A stretch of DNA of 64,000 nucleotides from contig JBCCJA010000005.1 of NCBI GenBank assembly GCA_039045975.1, forward strand, positions 15,009-79,008. Direction: 5' to 3'. The stretch comes from Planctomycetota bacterium (GTDB lineage: Bacteria; Planctomycetota; Planctomycetia; Planctomycetales; Planctomycetaceae). This document shows positions 10,324 through 19,619 of the stretch, one piece after another; the stretch's first letter is position 1; every line of letters begins with the position of its first letter. Made by a program: the position numbers and the translations under genes. The notes under the pieces are model-generated. The model saw only the letters and a list, made by a program, of their open reading frames with translations. It was not told where the DNA came from and made no database searches.

Positions 10324-10974
10324 ATGCCGCCCCTCCGCCCGATCGTCCGCCGACTCGTTCCGCTCGCGACGGCCGCGTCATGCGCCGTCGTAGTCGTCGG
10401 CTGTCATCACATCGCGGCCCGGACCGCCGGCGAAGACGGCCGACACGCCTACCGGACCGGTCACTTCGACGCCGCCCGGGCCGAGTTCCGCCGCGCGCTG
10501 CTCGAAGACCCGGCCGACGCGACGCACGCCCACAACCTCGCCTCGGCCGAACGCAAGCTCGGGAATCTGGCAGAGGCCGAGCGCCTCTACCGGACCGCGC
10601 TCGCCAACGACCCCGACCACCAACCGGCCCGACACGCACTCGCCGAACTCCTGACCGACACCGGCCGCGGGCAACAGGCGCTCGACGACCTCGCCGCCCA
10701 CGCCGCCGCCCGACCCGGCGAAGTCGGCCCCCGCATCGAGCTCGCCTGGCTGCACGAAAAGCTCGGCGACCCGGCCGGCGCCGAAACGGCCCTCCGCGAC
10801 GCACTCGCCACGCGGCCGAATCACCCCGTCGCGATCGCCCGCCTCGGCCAGCTCTACGAAGCGACCGGCCGCCCGACCGATGCCGCCGCCCTCTACCGCC
10901 GCAGCCTCACCTACGACTGGGACCAACCGACGGTCCGCGACCGCCTGGCCGCCCTCACCGGCACCCGCCACTAA
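10324..10974 (+). CDS. TPR-repeat lipoprotein
   Basis: N-terminal signal with a lipobox-like VVVVGC, then repeated A..Y/L..AL...P TPR-like helices (LAEAERLYRTALANDPDH, PTDAAALYRRSLTYD). Confidence 0.75.
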   Translation: MPPLRPIVRRLVPLATAASCAVVVVGCHHIAARTAGEDGRHAYRTGHFDAARAEFRRALLEDPADATHAHNLASAERKLGNLAEAERLYRTALANDPDHQPARHALAELLTDTGRGQQALDDLAAHAAARPGEVGPRIELAWLHEKLGDPAGAETALRDALATRPNHPVAIARLGQLYEATGRPTDAAALYRRSLTYDWDQPTVRDRLAALTGTRH

Positions 10975-11023
10975 CCCTTCTCCCCTCGGGGAGAAGGTGC
11001 CGCGGAGCGGTCGGATGAGGGGG
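10975..11023. repeat. REP-like hairpin element, copy A (type 1)
   Basis: CCTTCTCCCC-TC-GGGGAGAAGG (10976-10997, 10-bp stem) is followed by ...GGATGAGGGGG. It starts immediately after the stop codon at 10974. It is related to the copies at 26912, 53237 and 53381. Confidence 0.7.
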
Positions 11024-11143
11024 ACTCAGCCGCACTCGAGAAGAAAGCGGCGTCTCCGGTCACGGCAATAACTCCCGCCCCCACGTTTGCCCCCCGCAAA
11101 CCTCCCCCGCTCCAATACCGGCGACTCCGACCGAGCGCCGATC

Positions 11144-12547
11144 ATGCCCGACACGAACCCCGACACCCCGAAAAAAGCCTGGGGCGGCCGCTTCTCCGGC
11201 ACCTCCGACCCCCGCGTCGAAGCCTTCACCGAGTCGATCTCGTTCGACGCCCGCCTCGCCCCCTACGACGTCGCAGGATCGAAAGCCCACGCGACGATGC
11301 TCGCCGAAGTCGGCCTGCTCACCGCCGACGAGAAGGAGACGATCTGCGCGACACTCGATGAGATCTTGGGCGAGATCGAACGCGGCGAGCTGCCCTTCTC
11401 GCACGCGCTCGAAGACATCCACATGCACATCGAGAGCCGGCTCATCGAAAAGACCGGCGACGTCGGCCGCAAGCTGCACACCGCCCGCAGCCGCAACGAC
11501 CAGATCGCCACCGACACCAAACTCTTCCTCCGAGACGCCGTCGACCGCCTCGACCGACTCCTCAAAGATGTCCAACTCGCGTTCTTAAATCGCTGCGACA
11601 GCGATCTCGATGTTGTCATCCCCGCCTACACCCACCTGCAGCGGGCCATGCCGGTCAGTGCGAGTCACTACTGGCTCGCCTACATCGAAAAATTCCAACG
11701 CGACCGCGACCGCCTCGCCGACTGCCGTAAACGAATTAACATCTCCCCCCTCGGCTGCGCCGCGCTGGCTGGCAGCAGCCTGCCGATCGACCGCGACCGC
11801 ACCGCCGATCTATTGGGCTTCGATCGCCCCGCCGCCAATAGCCTCGACGTCTCATCCGACCGCGACCACCTGATCGAGTTCTGCGGAACGCTCGCGATCG
11901 TCGCGACCCACCTCTCCGGCTGGGCCGAGGAATGGATCCTCTGGTTCAGCACCGAGTTCGGCTTCATCAGCCTGCCCGAGGCCTACACCACCGGCAGCAG
12001 CATCATGCCGCAGAAGCGGAACCCTGACGTCCCGGAATTAATCCGCGGCAAAAGCGCCCGCGTCATCACCAGCGCGAACCAACTGCTCGTCCTCTGCAAA
12101 GGCCTCCCCATGGCCTACAACCGCGACCTCCAGGAAGACAAACCCCCCGTCTTCGACGCGTTCGACACGACCGCCGCCTGCCTCGAACTTCTGCCGAATT
12201 TAATCACCCACACCGAACTCAACCGCGACACCATCGCAGCCCGCCTTGAAGAAGGTTTTTTAGACGCCACCGCGCTCATGGAATACCTCATCAAAAAAGG
12301 CACCCCGATGCGGACCGCCCACCACACCGTCGGGGCGTTGGTGGCGGAAGCGGAGAAACGCCGCTGCACCCTCTCCGACCTCTCGCTCGATGACCTCAAG
12401 GCCGCCAATGGACTCATCGAGGCCGACGTCGCCGAAGTCCTCGGCACGACCAACGCCTGTGAAGCTCTGGTCAGCTACGGTTCAGGCGGCAGACAAATGG
12501 TAGCCAGTCGAATCGCCGCGTGGTCATCGCTGCTTGGCGAACCGTGA
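11144..12547 (+). CDS. argH: Argininosuccinate lyase
   Basis: [50 protein letters not shown] and [20 protein letters not shown] (fumarate-lyase signature) are present. The likely start is the second ATG at 11144. Confidence 0.93.
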   Translation: MPDTNPDTPKKAWGGRFSGTSDPRVEAFTESISFDARLAPYDVAGSKAHATMLAEVGLLTADEKETICATLDEILGEIERGELPFSHALEDIHMHIESRLIEKTGDVGRKLHTARSRNDQIATDTKLFLRDAVDRLDRLLKDVQLAFLNRCDSDLDVVIPAYTHLQRAMPVSASHYWLAYIEKFQRDRDRLADCRKRINISPLGCAALAGSSLPIDRDRTADLLGFDRPAANSLDVSSDRDHLIEFCGTLAIVATHLSGWAEEWILWFSTEFGFISLPEAYTTGSSIMPQKRNPDVPELIRGKSARVITSANQLLVLCKGLPMAYNRDLQEDKPPVFDAFDTTAACLELLPNLITHTELNRDTIAARLEEGFLDATALMEYLIKKGTPMRTAHHTVGALVAEAEKRRCTLSDLSLDDLKAANGLIEADVAEVLGTTNACEALVSYGSGGRQMVASRIAAWSSLLGEP

Positions 12548-12571
12548 GATTCTTGGCAGTGTACAAAAAAA

Positions 12572-12612
12572 GGCGCCCCGGGGGGCGCCGTCCCGGGAGG
12601 ACTAGTCCCGGG
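12572..12612 (+). terminator. Tandem GC-rich hairpins downstream of argH (possible terminator or boundary element)
   Basis: GGCGCCCC-GG-GGGGCGCC (12572-12589) and CCCGGGA-GGACTAG-TCCCGGG (12592-12612). There is no U-tract on the plus strand; an A-run precedes the hairpins. The segment is flanked by GTGTACA direct repeats at 12559-12565 and 12616-12622. Confidence 0.4.
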
Positions 12613-12662
12613 GTGGTGTACACGACACTTCGGAAGCATCACTCACAGCAGCTTTCTCGTCA

Positions 12663-13403
12663 ATGGCACGAAACAAGGGTTCGAAAAAACGCGTTACTGG
12701 CCACCGCGACAAGCACCGTTCTGTCGCAATCCCCACAAAACGCACTTTCGTTTACATCGACGGATTCAACCTCTACTACGGCATTCGCGACGCTGAACTC
12801 AGACGCTTTCTCTGGCTTGATGTTCTGAAACTCGCAAATTCGTTCATGCAGAAGGATCGCGTCCTCAGCAGGACGAAATACTTCACCGCAAGAATTCGAG
12901 GCGTGAATCGCCGCGATACGCCTGACGAAGCAAAAGCACGCGAGTCAAGCAGACTCCGGCAAAAGACGTATCTCGAAGCTGTACAATCACTTCCGGCAAC
13001 CGATGTGATCGAAGGTCATTTTCTGTGGAAGAACGCTAAGTGCGGCTCCTGCAATTCCCCGAATGTCTCAGCAGAAGAGAAGCTTACAGACGTAAACATC
13101 GCATCAGAAATGCTTTGCGATGCATTCTTGGGGCGGTTTGATCTGGCGATCGTCGTTTCTGGTGACAGCGACTTGAGCCCACCGATCGAACGCATCCGAC
13201 AGCATTTCCCTGCGAAGCCCGTTTTTGTGGCTTTTCCACCCAAGAGGCAGTCAGAACAACTCAAGGCAGTTGCGACAAGCCACTTTGACATCGCGGAAGA
13301 CCGACTGCGGAAGTGTCAGTTCCCAGATCAGCTGACCCTGCCATCCGGAGTGATTTTGAACCGGCCGAAGAAGTGGGCACCTCAGCCACCCGGTGCTGCT
13401 TGA
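12663..13403 (+). CDS. NYN (LabA-like, PIN-fold) domain protein with a Cys-containing insert
   Basis: FVYIDGFNLYYG, TDVNIASEMLCDA and LAIVVSGDSDLSPPIE are the acidic NYN/PIN catalytic blocks. CGSCNSP lies in the insert. GC content is clearly lower than in neighbouring genes. Confidence 0.75.
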   Translation: MARNKGSKKRVTGHRDKHRSVAIPTKRTFVYIDGFNLYYGIRDAELRRFLWLDVLKLANSFMQKDRVLSRTKYFTARIRGVNRRDTPDEAKARESSRLRQKTYLEAVQSLPATDVIEGHFLWKNAKCGSCNSPNVSAEEKLTDVNIASEMLCDAFLGRFDLAIVVSGDSDLSPPIERIRQHFPAKPVFVAFPPKRQSEQLKAVATSHFDIAEDRLRKCQFPDQLTLPSGVILNRPKKWAPQPPGAA

Positions 13404-14266
13404 TTGCCCAAAACACCAAACTCACCCTCGCTTACGATGGCACCAATTACGCCGGTTGGCAGATCCAGCCCGACGAACCGACCGTGCAGGCCGTTCTCCA
13501 AGACGCCCTCAAAGAACTCTTCGGCACGAAGCTATCCGTCCTTAGCGCCGGCCGCACCGACGCCGGTGTCCACGCCGCAGGGCAGGTCGCCAACTTCCGT
13601 CATGACCACACGATCCCGCACGACGGCGTCCTCCTCGGCCTCAACACGCACCTGCCGCCCGACGTCGCAGTGCTCGCCGTCGAAGACGTCCCGCACGACT
13701 TCCACGCGACGCACGACGCGACCACGAAAACCTACCGCTACGTCTTCCACGACGGCACCGCCCGCGACCCCCTCTCCGCCCGCTTCACCGGACGGGCCAA
13801 ACGGCCGCTCGACGCCGACCTAATGGGCGAGGCCGCGAAACACATCGTCGGCCGCCACGACTTCGCCTGCTTCGAGACCCAGGGCTCACCCCGCCCCGAC
13901 ACCGTCCGCACCGTCTTCGACTGCACCGTCCGTCGCGTCGCCGCCTGGAACCCGTTCCGGCCAGATAAAAGCCCGAGCGGTCACGCGAAGGGCATGCGGC
14001 CCGACGACTCGTCCGACCCTTCGCGTGACCGCTCGGGCTTCGATACCCAAGGCGTCCAACCCTTCGTCGTCATCGAGGTCGCCGGCGACGGCTTCCTCTA
14101 CAACATGGTCCGGGCGATCGCGGGCACGCTCGCCGACGTCGGCGGCGGGAAGCGACCGCCGGAAAGCGTCCGGGCGTTAATCGCCTCGACCGATCGGACC
14201 CTCGCGGGCCCGACGGCACCGGCCTCCGGCCTTTGCCTTGTTGCCGTCCGTTACGACGACGCCTGA
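13400..14266 (+). CDS. truA: tRNA pseudouridine(38-40) synthase
   Basis: LTLAYDGTNYAGWQIQ, SAGRTDAGVHAAGQVANF (catalytic Asp) and GDGFLYNMVRAIAG are present. I place the start at the in-frame TTG at 13400, overlapping the NYN stop (TTGA). The track start at 13313 would overlap the NYN gene by 91 nt. Confidence 0.88.
   Translation: MIAQNTKLTLAYDGTNYAGWQIQPDEPTVQAVLQDALKELFGTKLSVLSAGRTDAGVHAAGQVANFRHDHTIPHDGVLLGLNTHLPPDVAVLAVEDVPHDFHATHDATTKTYRYVFHDGTARDPLSARFTGRAKRPLDADLMGEAAKHIVGRHDFACFETQGSPRPDTVRTVFDCTVRRVAAWNPFRPDKSPSGHAKGMRPDDSSDPSRDRSGFDTQGVQPFVVIEVAGDGFLYNMVRAIAGTLADVGGGKRPPESVRALIASTDRTLAGPTAPASGLCLVAVRYDDA
13969..14040. repeat. Perfect 24-bp inverted repeat with a 24-nt spacer, embedded in frame within truA
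   Basis: AAGCCCGAGCGGTCACGCGAAGGG (13969-13992) is the exact reverse complement of CCCTTCGCGTGACCGCTCGGGCTT (14017-14040). I checked this base by base and anchored it to the truA reading frame. Confidence 0.9.
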
Positions 14267-14279
14267 CGCCATCCCGTCG

Positions 14280-15416
14280 TCAGAACGACACCTGGTTGCC
14301 GTCGTTCATCCGCAAGATGTTCAGCCAGACCTGCCGATCGATCGTCACCGCAATAGACCGGACCGAGGCGTCGCAGAGGGCCGCGTTCATCGCGCCGTCG
14401 TGCCACGTGCCGAAGCCACGCGGCGACGGCACGGGCGCCTGGGTCGCCTCGTCACTGCCGCTGTCGACGCCGCCTTGCACCGTGTCGGTGTCCAACGCAC
14501 CGTCCGGTTCGGAGCCGCCGACACCGGCACCCTCGTAATCGAACTCGAGTGTCCCGAGTAACGACCGGTTGTACGTCGAGGCTTCCACGCCGCGGTAAAT
14601 GTGACCGATACCCGGCTTGAACGCGCCGATGTTCCGTCGGCCGTCGGACCACAAGCCGATCAGCGACTCGCCGGCCAGCAGCGTGTTCGTCTCGCCGTCG
14701 ACGATGTCACGGAACCGCGTCGAGGAGTTCTCGCCGAACACCCCGTCGGAGAACCGCTCCAACGCCGTGTCGGCTTCGCCGTCCCCGTCGGTGTCGGCCG
14801 CGAAAAACTCGCGGACGCCGCCGTTGCCGATGTAATTCGTCCACTTCACGCCCGAGTTACCCGCACCGCGTTCCGGTAACGCCGCGCTCGGGCAGATGTA
14901 GCTCGGGATCGGATACGTCATCGCCGCGATGTTGTCGGCCGTAAAACGGCTTTCGAAGTACGGGATGTCGTCGTCGATCAGGTCGAGCGTGTTCCGCTCG
15001 CCGACCTCCGACAAGATCGACATATGCCAGCCCCAGAAGTTCGAAATCGACATCGCCGTCACGGTCCGGTACGGGCTGACCGTCGCCGCCGACGCCTGAT
15101 TGTCGAGCGTCACGGGCGGACTGACCGACAGCGCGCTGCTCTGGAACGCGGGCAGAATCGTCACGCTGTCGGGGTCGTCGTCGGTATCGAACCGGCCCTC
15201 GACCCAACCCGGCGGGAACGTGTTCCAGGTGTTGAAGTAGTTGTGCAGCGCCAGCGCGACCTGCTTCATGTTGTTCGCACACTGCGTCCGCCGGGCCGAC
15301 TCACGGGCCTGCTGCACGGCCGGGAGCAGCAACGCGATCAGCAGCACGATGATCGCCATCACCACGAGCAACTCGACGAGTGTGAAGCCGCGTCGCACGT
15401 CACGCCGTTGTCGCAT
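14280..15416 (-). CDS. DUF1559-family protein with a prepilin-type N-terminal cleavage/methylation domain
   Basis: [53 protein letters not shown] is the hallmark planctomycete DUF1559 / type II pseudopilin-like N-terminus. Confidence 0.88.
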   Translation of the reverse strand: MRQRRDVRRGFTLVELLVVMAIIVLLIALLLPAVQQARESARRTQCANNMKQVALALHNYFNTWNTFPPGWVEGRFDTDDDPDSVTILPAFQSSALSVSPPVTLDNQASAATVSPYRTVTAMSISNFWGWHMSILSEVGERNTLDLIDDDIPYFESRFTADNIAAMTYPIPSYICPSAALPERGAGNSGVKWTNYIGNGGVREFFAADTDGDGEADTALERFSDGVFGENSSTRFRDIVDGETNTLLAGESLIGLWSDGRRNIGAFKPGIGHIYRGVEASTYNRSLLGTLEFDYEGAGVGGSEPDGALDTDTVQGGVDSGSDEATQAPVPSPRGFGTWHDGAMNAALCDASVRSIAVTIDRQVWLNILRMNDGNQVSF

Positions 15417-15580
15417 CTTCGTTCACCCCGGCCGGGTCACCGGCTCGCTATCGCCTGTGTGGAACCACGCCATCCCGTGCGCACGGGCCGGCGGCTACGG
15501 AACTCCCTAACACCGGATCAGCCTAACCGGATCGCCCGGGATCAGCGATGACCGATTTTTTCCGACGATCTGATTCCCGC

Positions 15581-17221
15581 TCACGCGGTCACGCCCGCGA
15601 TCGCCTCGCCTTTTCCGGGCAGCTTGACGACGTCGACGCCGGTGACATGGGGCAGGGCCGCGACCTCCGCGACGACCTCGGCCGTGGGCTCACTGTCGAG
15701 GTGCAAGACCGCGACACTCGACCCGCCCGCGCTGTCGCCCGACCGGCCCAACGCCATATCCGCGATGTTGATCTCGTGCTTGCCGAGCACCGAGCCGATC
15801 GCCCCGATCACGCCCGGCCGGTCCTCGTGCCGGTAAATCAACAGCGTCCCGTCGAGCAGCGATTCCAGGTGGAACCCGTCGAGCCCGATCAGCCGCAGGT
15901 ACTGGTTGCCGAACACCGTGCCGTCGACCTCGACCGAGCCCGACTCGGTCTCGACCTTCACGCCGACCCGCGTCGAAAAATCGCCCGCCGACTCGTTGAC
16001 CGTCTCGACGAGTTCGATCCCGCGGTCCTTCGCGAGGCTCGTCGCGTTGATCATGTTCGCCCCGCCTTCGATCGCGGCGTCGAGCAGGCCCTTCGTGAAC
16101 GCACTCGTAACGAGCCCGTACTTCTTCGTCGCGACTTCGCCGCGATAAGTCAGCGTCGCCCGCTTCACGCCGGCCCCGCCGCACAGCTGCGACGCCAGTG
16201 ACCCGAGCCGATACCCAAGATCGAGATAGATCCGCGTCGACGCCGCCTCCGCCTGCGAGACCGACGCCGTGTTGACCGCGATCTTGATTTCGCCCCGCGT
16301 CAGGTAGCCGATCATCAACTCGGCCGCCTCGACCGCGACGAGTTCTTGGGCCTCGTCGGTCGACGCCCCGAGGTGCGGGGCACACAACGCCGACGGGATC
16401 GTCCGCAGGCGGAAGTCCTCGGGCGGCGGCTCCTGCGTGTAAACGTCGAACGCCGCCCCGGCGATCGTCCCCGCCTCGAGCGCGTCCGCGACCGCCTCCT
16501 CGTCGTAGATCCCGCCCCGGGCGCAGTTCACGATCCGGGCCGACGGCTTCATCTTCTTAAGCATCTCGGCATCGATCAGGTTCCGCGTCGCGTCGGTCAG
16601 CGGCGTGTGGGCCGTCAGGTAATCGACCTTCGGGACGAGTTCCTCGACCGTCGCGGCGTAGCCGAGGCCGTGCTCGGCGGCCTTCTCGGCGGTGAAGAAC
16701 GGGTCGTAACCGATCACGTCCATCTCGAACGCCAAGCCCCGCTTCGCGACCGCCAGGCCGATACGCCCCAGGCCGATCACGCCGAGCGTCTTCCCGGCCA
16801 GTTGGGCCCCAGTGAATTTCTTGCGGTCCCACCCGCCGGCCTTCATCGCCGCCGCCGCCGGGGCAATGTTCCGCGACATCGCCAGCATCAGCGCGAACGT
16901 CTGCTCCGCCGTGCTGATCGTGTTCCCCGCCGGCGTGTTCATTACGACGATGCCCTGCTTCGTCGCGGTCGGCAGGTCGACGTTGTCGACGCCGACGCCG
17001 GCCCGCGCGACCGCCTTCAGCCGCGTCTGGCCTTCTAGGATCTCCGGCTTCAGCTTCGTACCGGAGCGGATGATGATCCCGTCGAAGTCGGCCAACGCCG
17101 CCTTCAACGCGGCCGGATCCTTCGCCAGATCGGTGTTGACGACGACCTCGATCCCCTCGGCCTCTTCGAGCAACTTCACGCCGTGCGACGACAGGTTGTC
17201 ACTGACCAATACGCGATACAT
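15581..17221 (-). CDS. serA: D-3-phosphoglycerate dehydrogenase (long form with C-terminal ACT domain)
   Basis: MYRVLVSDNLS...GVGVDNVDLPTATKQGIVVMNTP, the NAD fold GKTLGVIGLGRIGLAVAKR, and a C-terminal ACT-like tail. 546 aa. Confidence 0.93.
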   Translation of the reverse strand: MYRVLVSDNLSSHGVKLLEEAEGIEVVVNTDLAKDPAALKAALADFDGIIIRSGTKLKPEILEGQTRLKAVARAGVGVDNVDLPTATKQGIVVMNTPAGNTISTAEQTFALMLAMSRNIAPAAAAMKAGGWDRKKFTGAQLAGKTLGVIGLGRIGLAVAKRGLAFEMDVIGYDPFFTAEKAAEHGLGYAATVEELVPKVDYLTAHTPLTDATRNLIDAEMLKKMKPSARIVNCARGGIYDEEAVADALEAGTIAGAAFDVYTQEPPPEDFRLRTIPSALCAPHLGASTDEAQELVAVEAAELMIGYLTRGEIKIAVNTASVSQAEAASTRIYLDLGYRLGSLASQLCGGAGVKRATLTYRGEVATKKYGLVTSAFTKGLLDAAIEGGANMINATSLAKDRGIELVETVNESAGDFSTRVGVKVETESGSVEVDGTVFGNQYLRLIGLDGFHLESLLDGTLLIYRHEDRPGVIGAIGSVLGKHEINIADMALGRSGDSAGGSSVAVLHLDSEPTAEVVAEVAALPHVTGVDVVKLPGKGEAIAGVTA

Positions 17222-17583
17222 CTCGAACCTCGGCCGGGCCGGCGATTGGCGCCCGTTTCAGGAATTTGCTCGGAGACGGGGCCCGAACCGCCGGACCCCG
17301 CCCGGCCGATCGGGCCGGGACGCGACACCATAAGCCGACCGCAAGGTCCGGCCCAGTCACGCCGCGACGCGACGCCCGGCCCGGCCTCTCGGCCCGACCG
17401 GCAACCACGACCGATCCTGCCGCCGCCCCCCAAAATACCGAACCGATTCGGCCCCCGGCCGACCGCCGCCGATCACATCGATCCCCCCGACCACGCGTTG
17501 ACCGTCGCGCGCGAAGCGAGATAAATTCCGCCCCGACGGCCGGACGACGCGGCACGAATCTGCCGCGTAAACCACTGGAAATA

Positions 17584-18132
17584 ATGGATTTACGGCACGT
17601 GCTCGGTTACCCGGTCCCGCTGACACTCGTAGTCGCCGTCTGCCTCACGGCCGCGGCCGACGCCCGCGAGTGGACCGCGGTCGTACTCCACCACACCGCG
17701 ACCGAAACGGGCTCCGTCGCCTCGATCGATGCCGCCCACCGACAGCGACGCGACGCCGACGGCAAGCCGTGGCTCGGCATCGGCTACCACTTCCTGATCG
17801 GCAACGGGAACGGCATGCCGGACGGCGCGGTCGAACCGACATTCCGCTGGGACCGTCAGCTGGCCGGCGCCCACGCGGGCGACTCCGCGATGAACCAACA
17901 CGCGATCGGCGTCGCGTTAGTCGGCAACTTCGAATCACGACCGCCGACCGCGCGACAGACCGAAGCCCTCGTCGCCCTCCTCAAAACCCTGGCGACGGAG
18001 CACGGCCTCGGTCCGGGCGACCTAATCGCCCACGCCGACGTCCGCCCGACTCTCTGCCCGGGCCGGCATTTCCCCCTCGCAGCGATCCGCGATGCGGTCG
18101 CGTCAGGCGAAACCACGGAGTCCCCCCGATGA
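17584..18132 (+). CDS. N-acetylmuramoyl-L-alanine amidase (Amidase_2/PGRP fold), secreted
   Basis: The internal ATG at 17584 gives a signal-like MDLRHVLGYPVPLTLVVAVCLTAAADA, followed by VVLHHTAT...GYHFLIGNGNG...AGAHAG...HADVRPTLCPG. Confidence 0.8.
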   Translation: MDLRHVLGYPVPLTLVVAVCLTAAADAREWTAVVLHHTATETGSVASIDAAHRQRRDADGKPWLGIGYHFLIGNGNGMPDGAVEPTFRWDRQLAGAHAGDSAMNQHAIGVALVGNFESRPPTARQTEALVALLKTLATEHGLGPGDLIAHADVRPTLCPGRHFPLAAIRDAVASGETTESPR

Positions 18133-18869
18133 GCCGTTCCCGACTCGACCCCGTCGAAACACCCGGCGCCGCCATCCCGTCGCTTTTCCGTCAGGGGATC
18201 GTCCTCCCGGCGGCGGCGACCCGCACGCGTCCGCCCAGGCTCTGGGTGCCGGAAGGCTACGAGGGTAATTACCCCTACCCGCTCCTGATGTGGCTGCACG
18301 ACGACGGCCAATCCGACGCCGTCCTCGACGACGTCATGCCCCGGCTCAGCGACCGCAACTTCATCGGCGCGGCCGTCCGCGCCGAGTTTTTTGCGAATGG
18401 GCAAGACGACCGCGACGGCTTCCGTTGGTCGTCCGACGCGGCCGACCGGAGCGATTTCGTCGGCCGGACCCACGCCGCCGCCTGCGAGGTCCGCCGCTGC
18501 TACCACGTACACAGCGAGCGGGCCTTCTTGGTCGGTATCGGCCGCGGAGCCGCGGTCGCGGCCGAGGTCTTTACCGAGCACCCGGAGTGGTTCGGCGGAC
18601 TGATCGCGATCGACCCGCCGGCCGAACTCGCCGCCGGCACGCTGCCGGCCCGGTCGCTCGAGGAAACGCGCGTCCTGGTCGCCCGCGAAGGGGTCGCCGG
18701 CATGCCGGCCGTCGCCCGACTCGCCGAAACGGCACGCCCCTTCTCCGACGCTGGCGCCGACGTCGACATCGAGATCACCGCGACGGCGCATCACACCGGC
18801 ACGCCTTCGGACGCCTTGCTCCGGAAGATCAACGCCTGGGTCGTCGCCGGGCTCTACGCCCCGGTCTGA
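18129..18869 (+). CDS. Alpha/beta-hydrolase (phospholipase/carboxylesterase-like) protein
   Basis: ATG at 18129 overlaps the amidase stop (ATGA). PLLMWLHDDGQSD and AFLVGIGRGAAVA resemble esterase blocks, but the nucleophile motif is degenerate. Coding-like GC3. Confidence 0.55.
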   Translation: MSRSRLDPVETPGAAIPSLFRQGIVLPAAATRTRPPRLWVPEGYEGNYPYPLLMWLHDDGQSDAVLDDVMPRLSDRNFIGAAVRAEFFANGQDDRDGFRWSSDAADRSDFVGRTHAAACEVRRCYHVHSERAFLVGIGRGAAVAAEVFTEHPEWFGGLIAIDPPAELAAGTLPARSLEETRVLVAREGVAGMPAVARLAETARPFSDAGADVDIEITATAHHTGTPSDALLRKINAWVVAGLYAPV

Positions 18870-19003
18870 CCTGCGCCCAACGCATCACTGAGGCACCGCG
18901 GCATCGCTCGCGTGGTCGAGTCTTCAAAGCGATCTCGGGGACGCTTAAAGTCTGGCATCGCCCGAACGGGTGACGTTCTCGACCAAGACTCCCGGTGATC
19001 GCG

Positions 19004-19594
19004 ATGTCCCGAACTCTCCTTGCTGCTTTCATGGCGTGCGGTCTCAGTCTGCATGCCCACGCCGGAGACGGTGAAAGCACCGTCCCTCCCGACTCCGCCG
19101 ACTTCCAAAAGGCATGGGAGGCTTACGGCGCCCCGGGACCCGCACACGAAGAAATGACTAAACGGGTCGGTGACTGGGCCGTAGAAGCTTCGAGCTGGGT
19201 CCCCGGGAACGACGAGCCCGTCGTATCCGCCGCCACCGCCGACATCGAGATGATCCTCGGCGGGCGTTTCTTGCGACAAAAATATGTCGGCTCGTTCGAC
19301 GGAACCCCTTACGCCGGTGAGGGCACGCTCGCCTACGACAACAAGCTCAAAGTCTATAAGGGCACGTGGATCGACACGGTCAGCACCGGGATCATGCTCA
19401 CCGAAGGCACTTACGACGCCGAATCAAAAACGCTTACGGAGACCGGCAAGAGCATCGGCCCGTTCCCGGGTGCGAACACGAAGTTCATTACGCACTATAT
19501 CAGTGACGACCACTTCGTGATGACGGTGTATTGCGATGAGACGGGACAGATGAGAAAGAGCATGCAACTCATTTACACCCGCGTCACCGAGTAA
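19004..19594 (+). CDS. DUF1579-like secreted protein
   Basis: Signal peptide MSRTLLAAFMACGLSLHAHA. ILGGRFLRQKYVGSFDGTPYAGEGTLAYDNKLKVYKGTWIDTVSTGIM matches my recollection of the DUF1579 family. Confidence 0.65.
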   Translation: MSRTLLAAFMACGLSLHAHAGDGESTVPPDSADFQKAWEAYGAPGPAHEEMTKRVGDWAVEASSWVPGNDEPVVSAATADIEMILGGRFLRQKYVGSFDGTPYAGEGTLAYDNKLKVYKGTWIDTVSTGIMLTEGTYDAESKTLTETGKSIGPFPGANTKFITHYISDDHFVMTVYCDETGQMRKSMQLIYTRVTE

Positions 19595-19619
19595 ATTTTC
19601 CCGGCGGTGCGAACCGCCC

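Noticed and set aside
10880-11071. Short ORFs spanning the REP-like repeats: 10880..11071, 26756..27022, 53130..53549, 53151..53378.
   Set aside because: They are translations of the palindromic repeat elements and intergenic DNA (the recurring ...SPGAGERG.../...GEKV.RSGRMRG... peptides), not genes.
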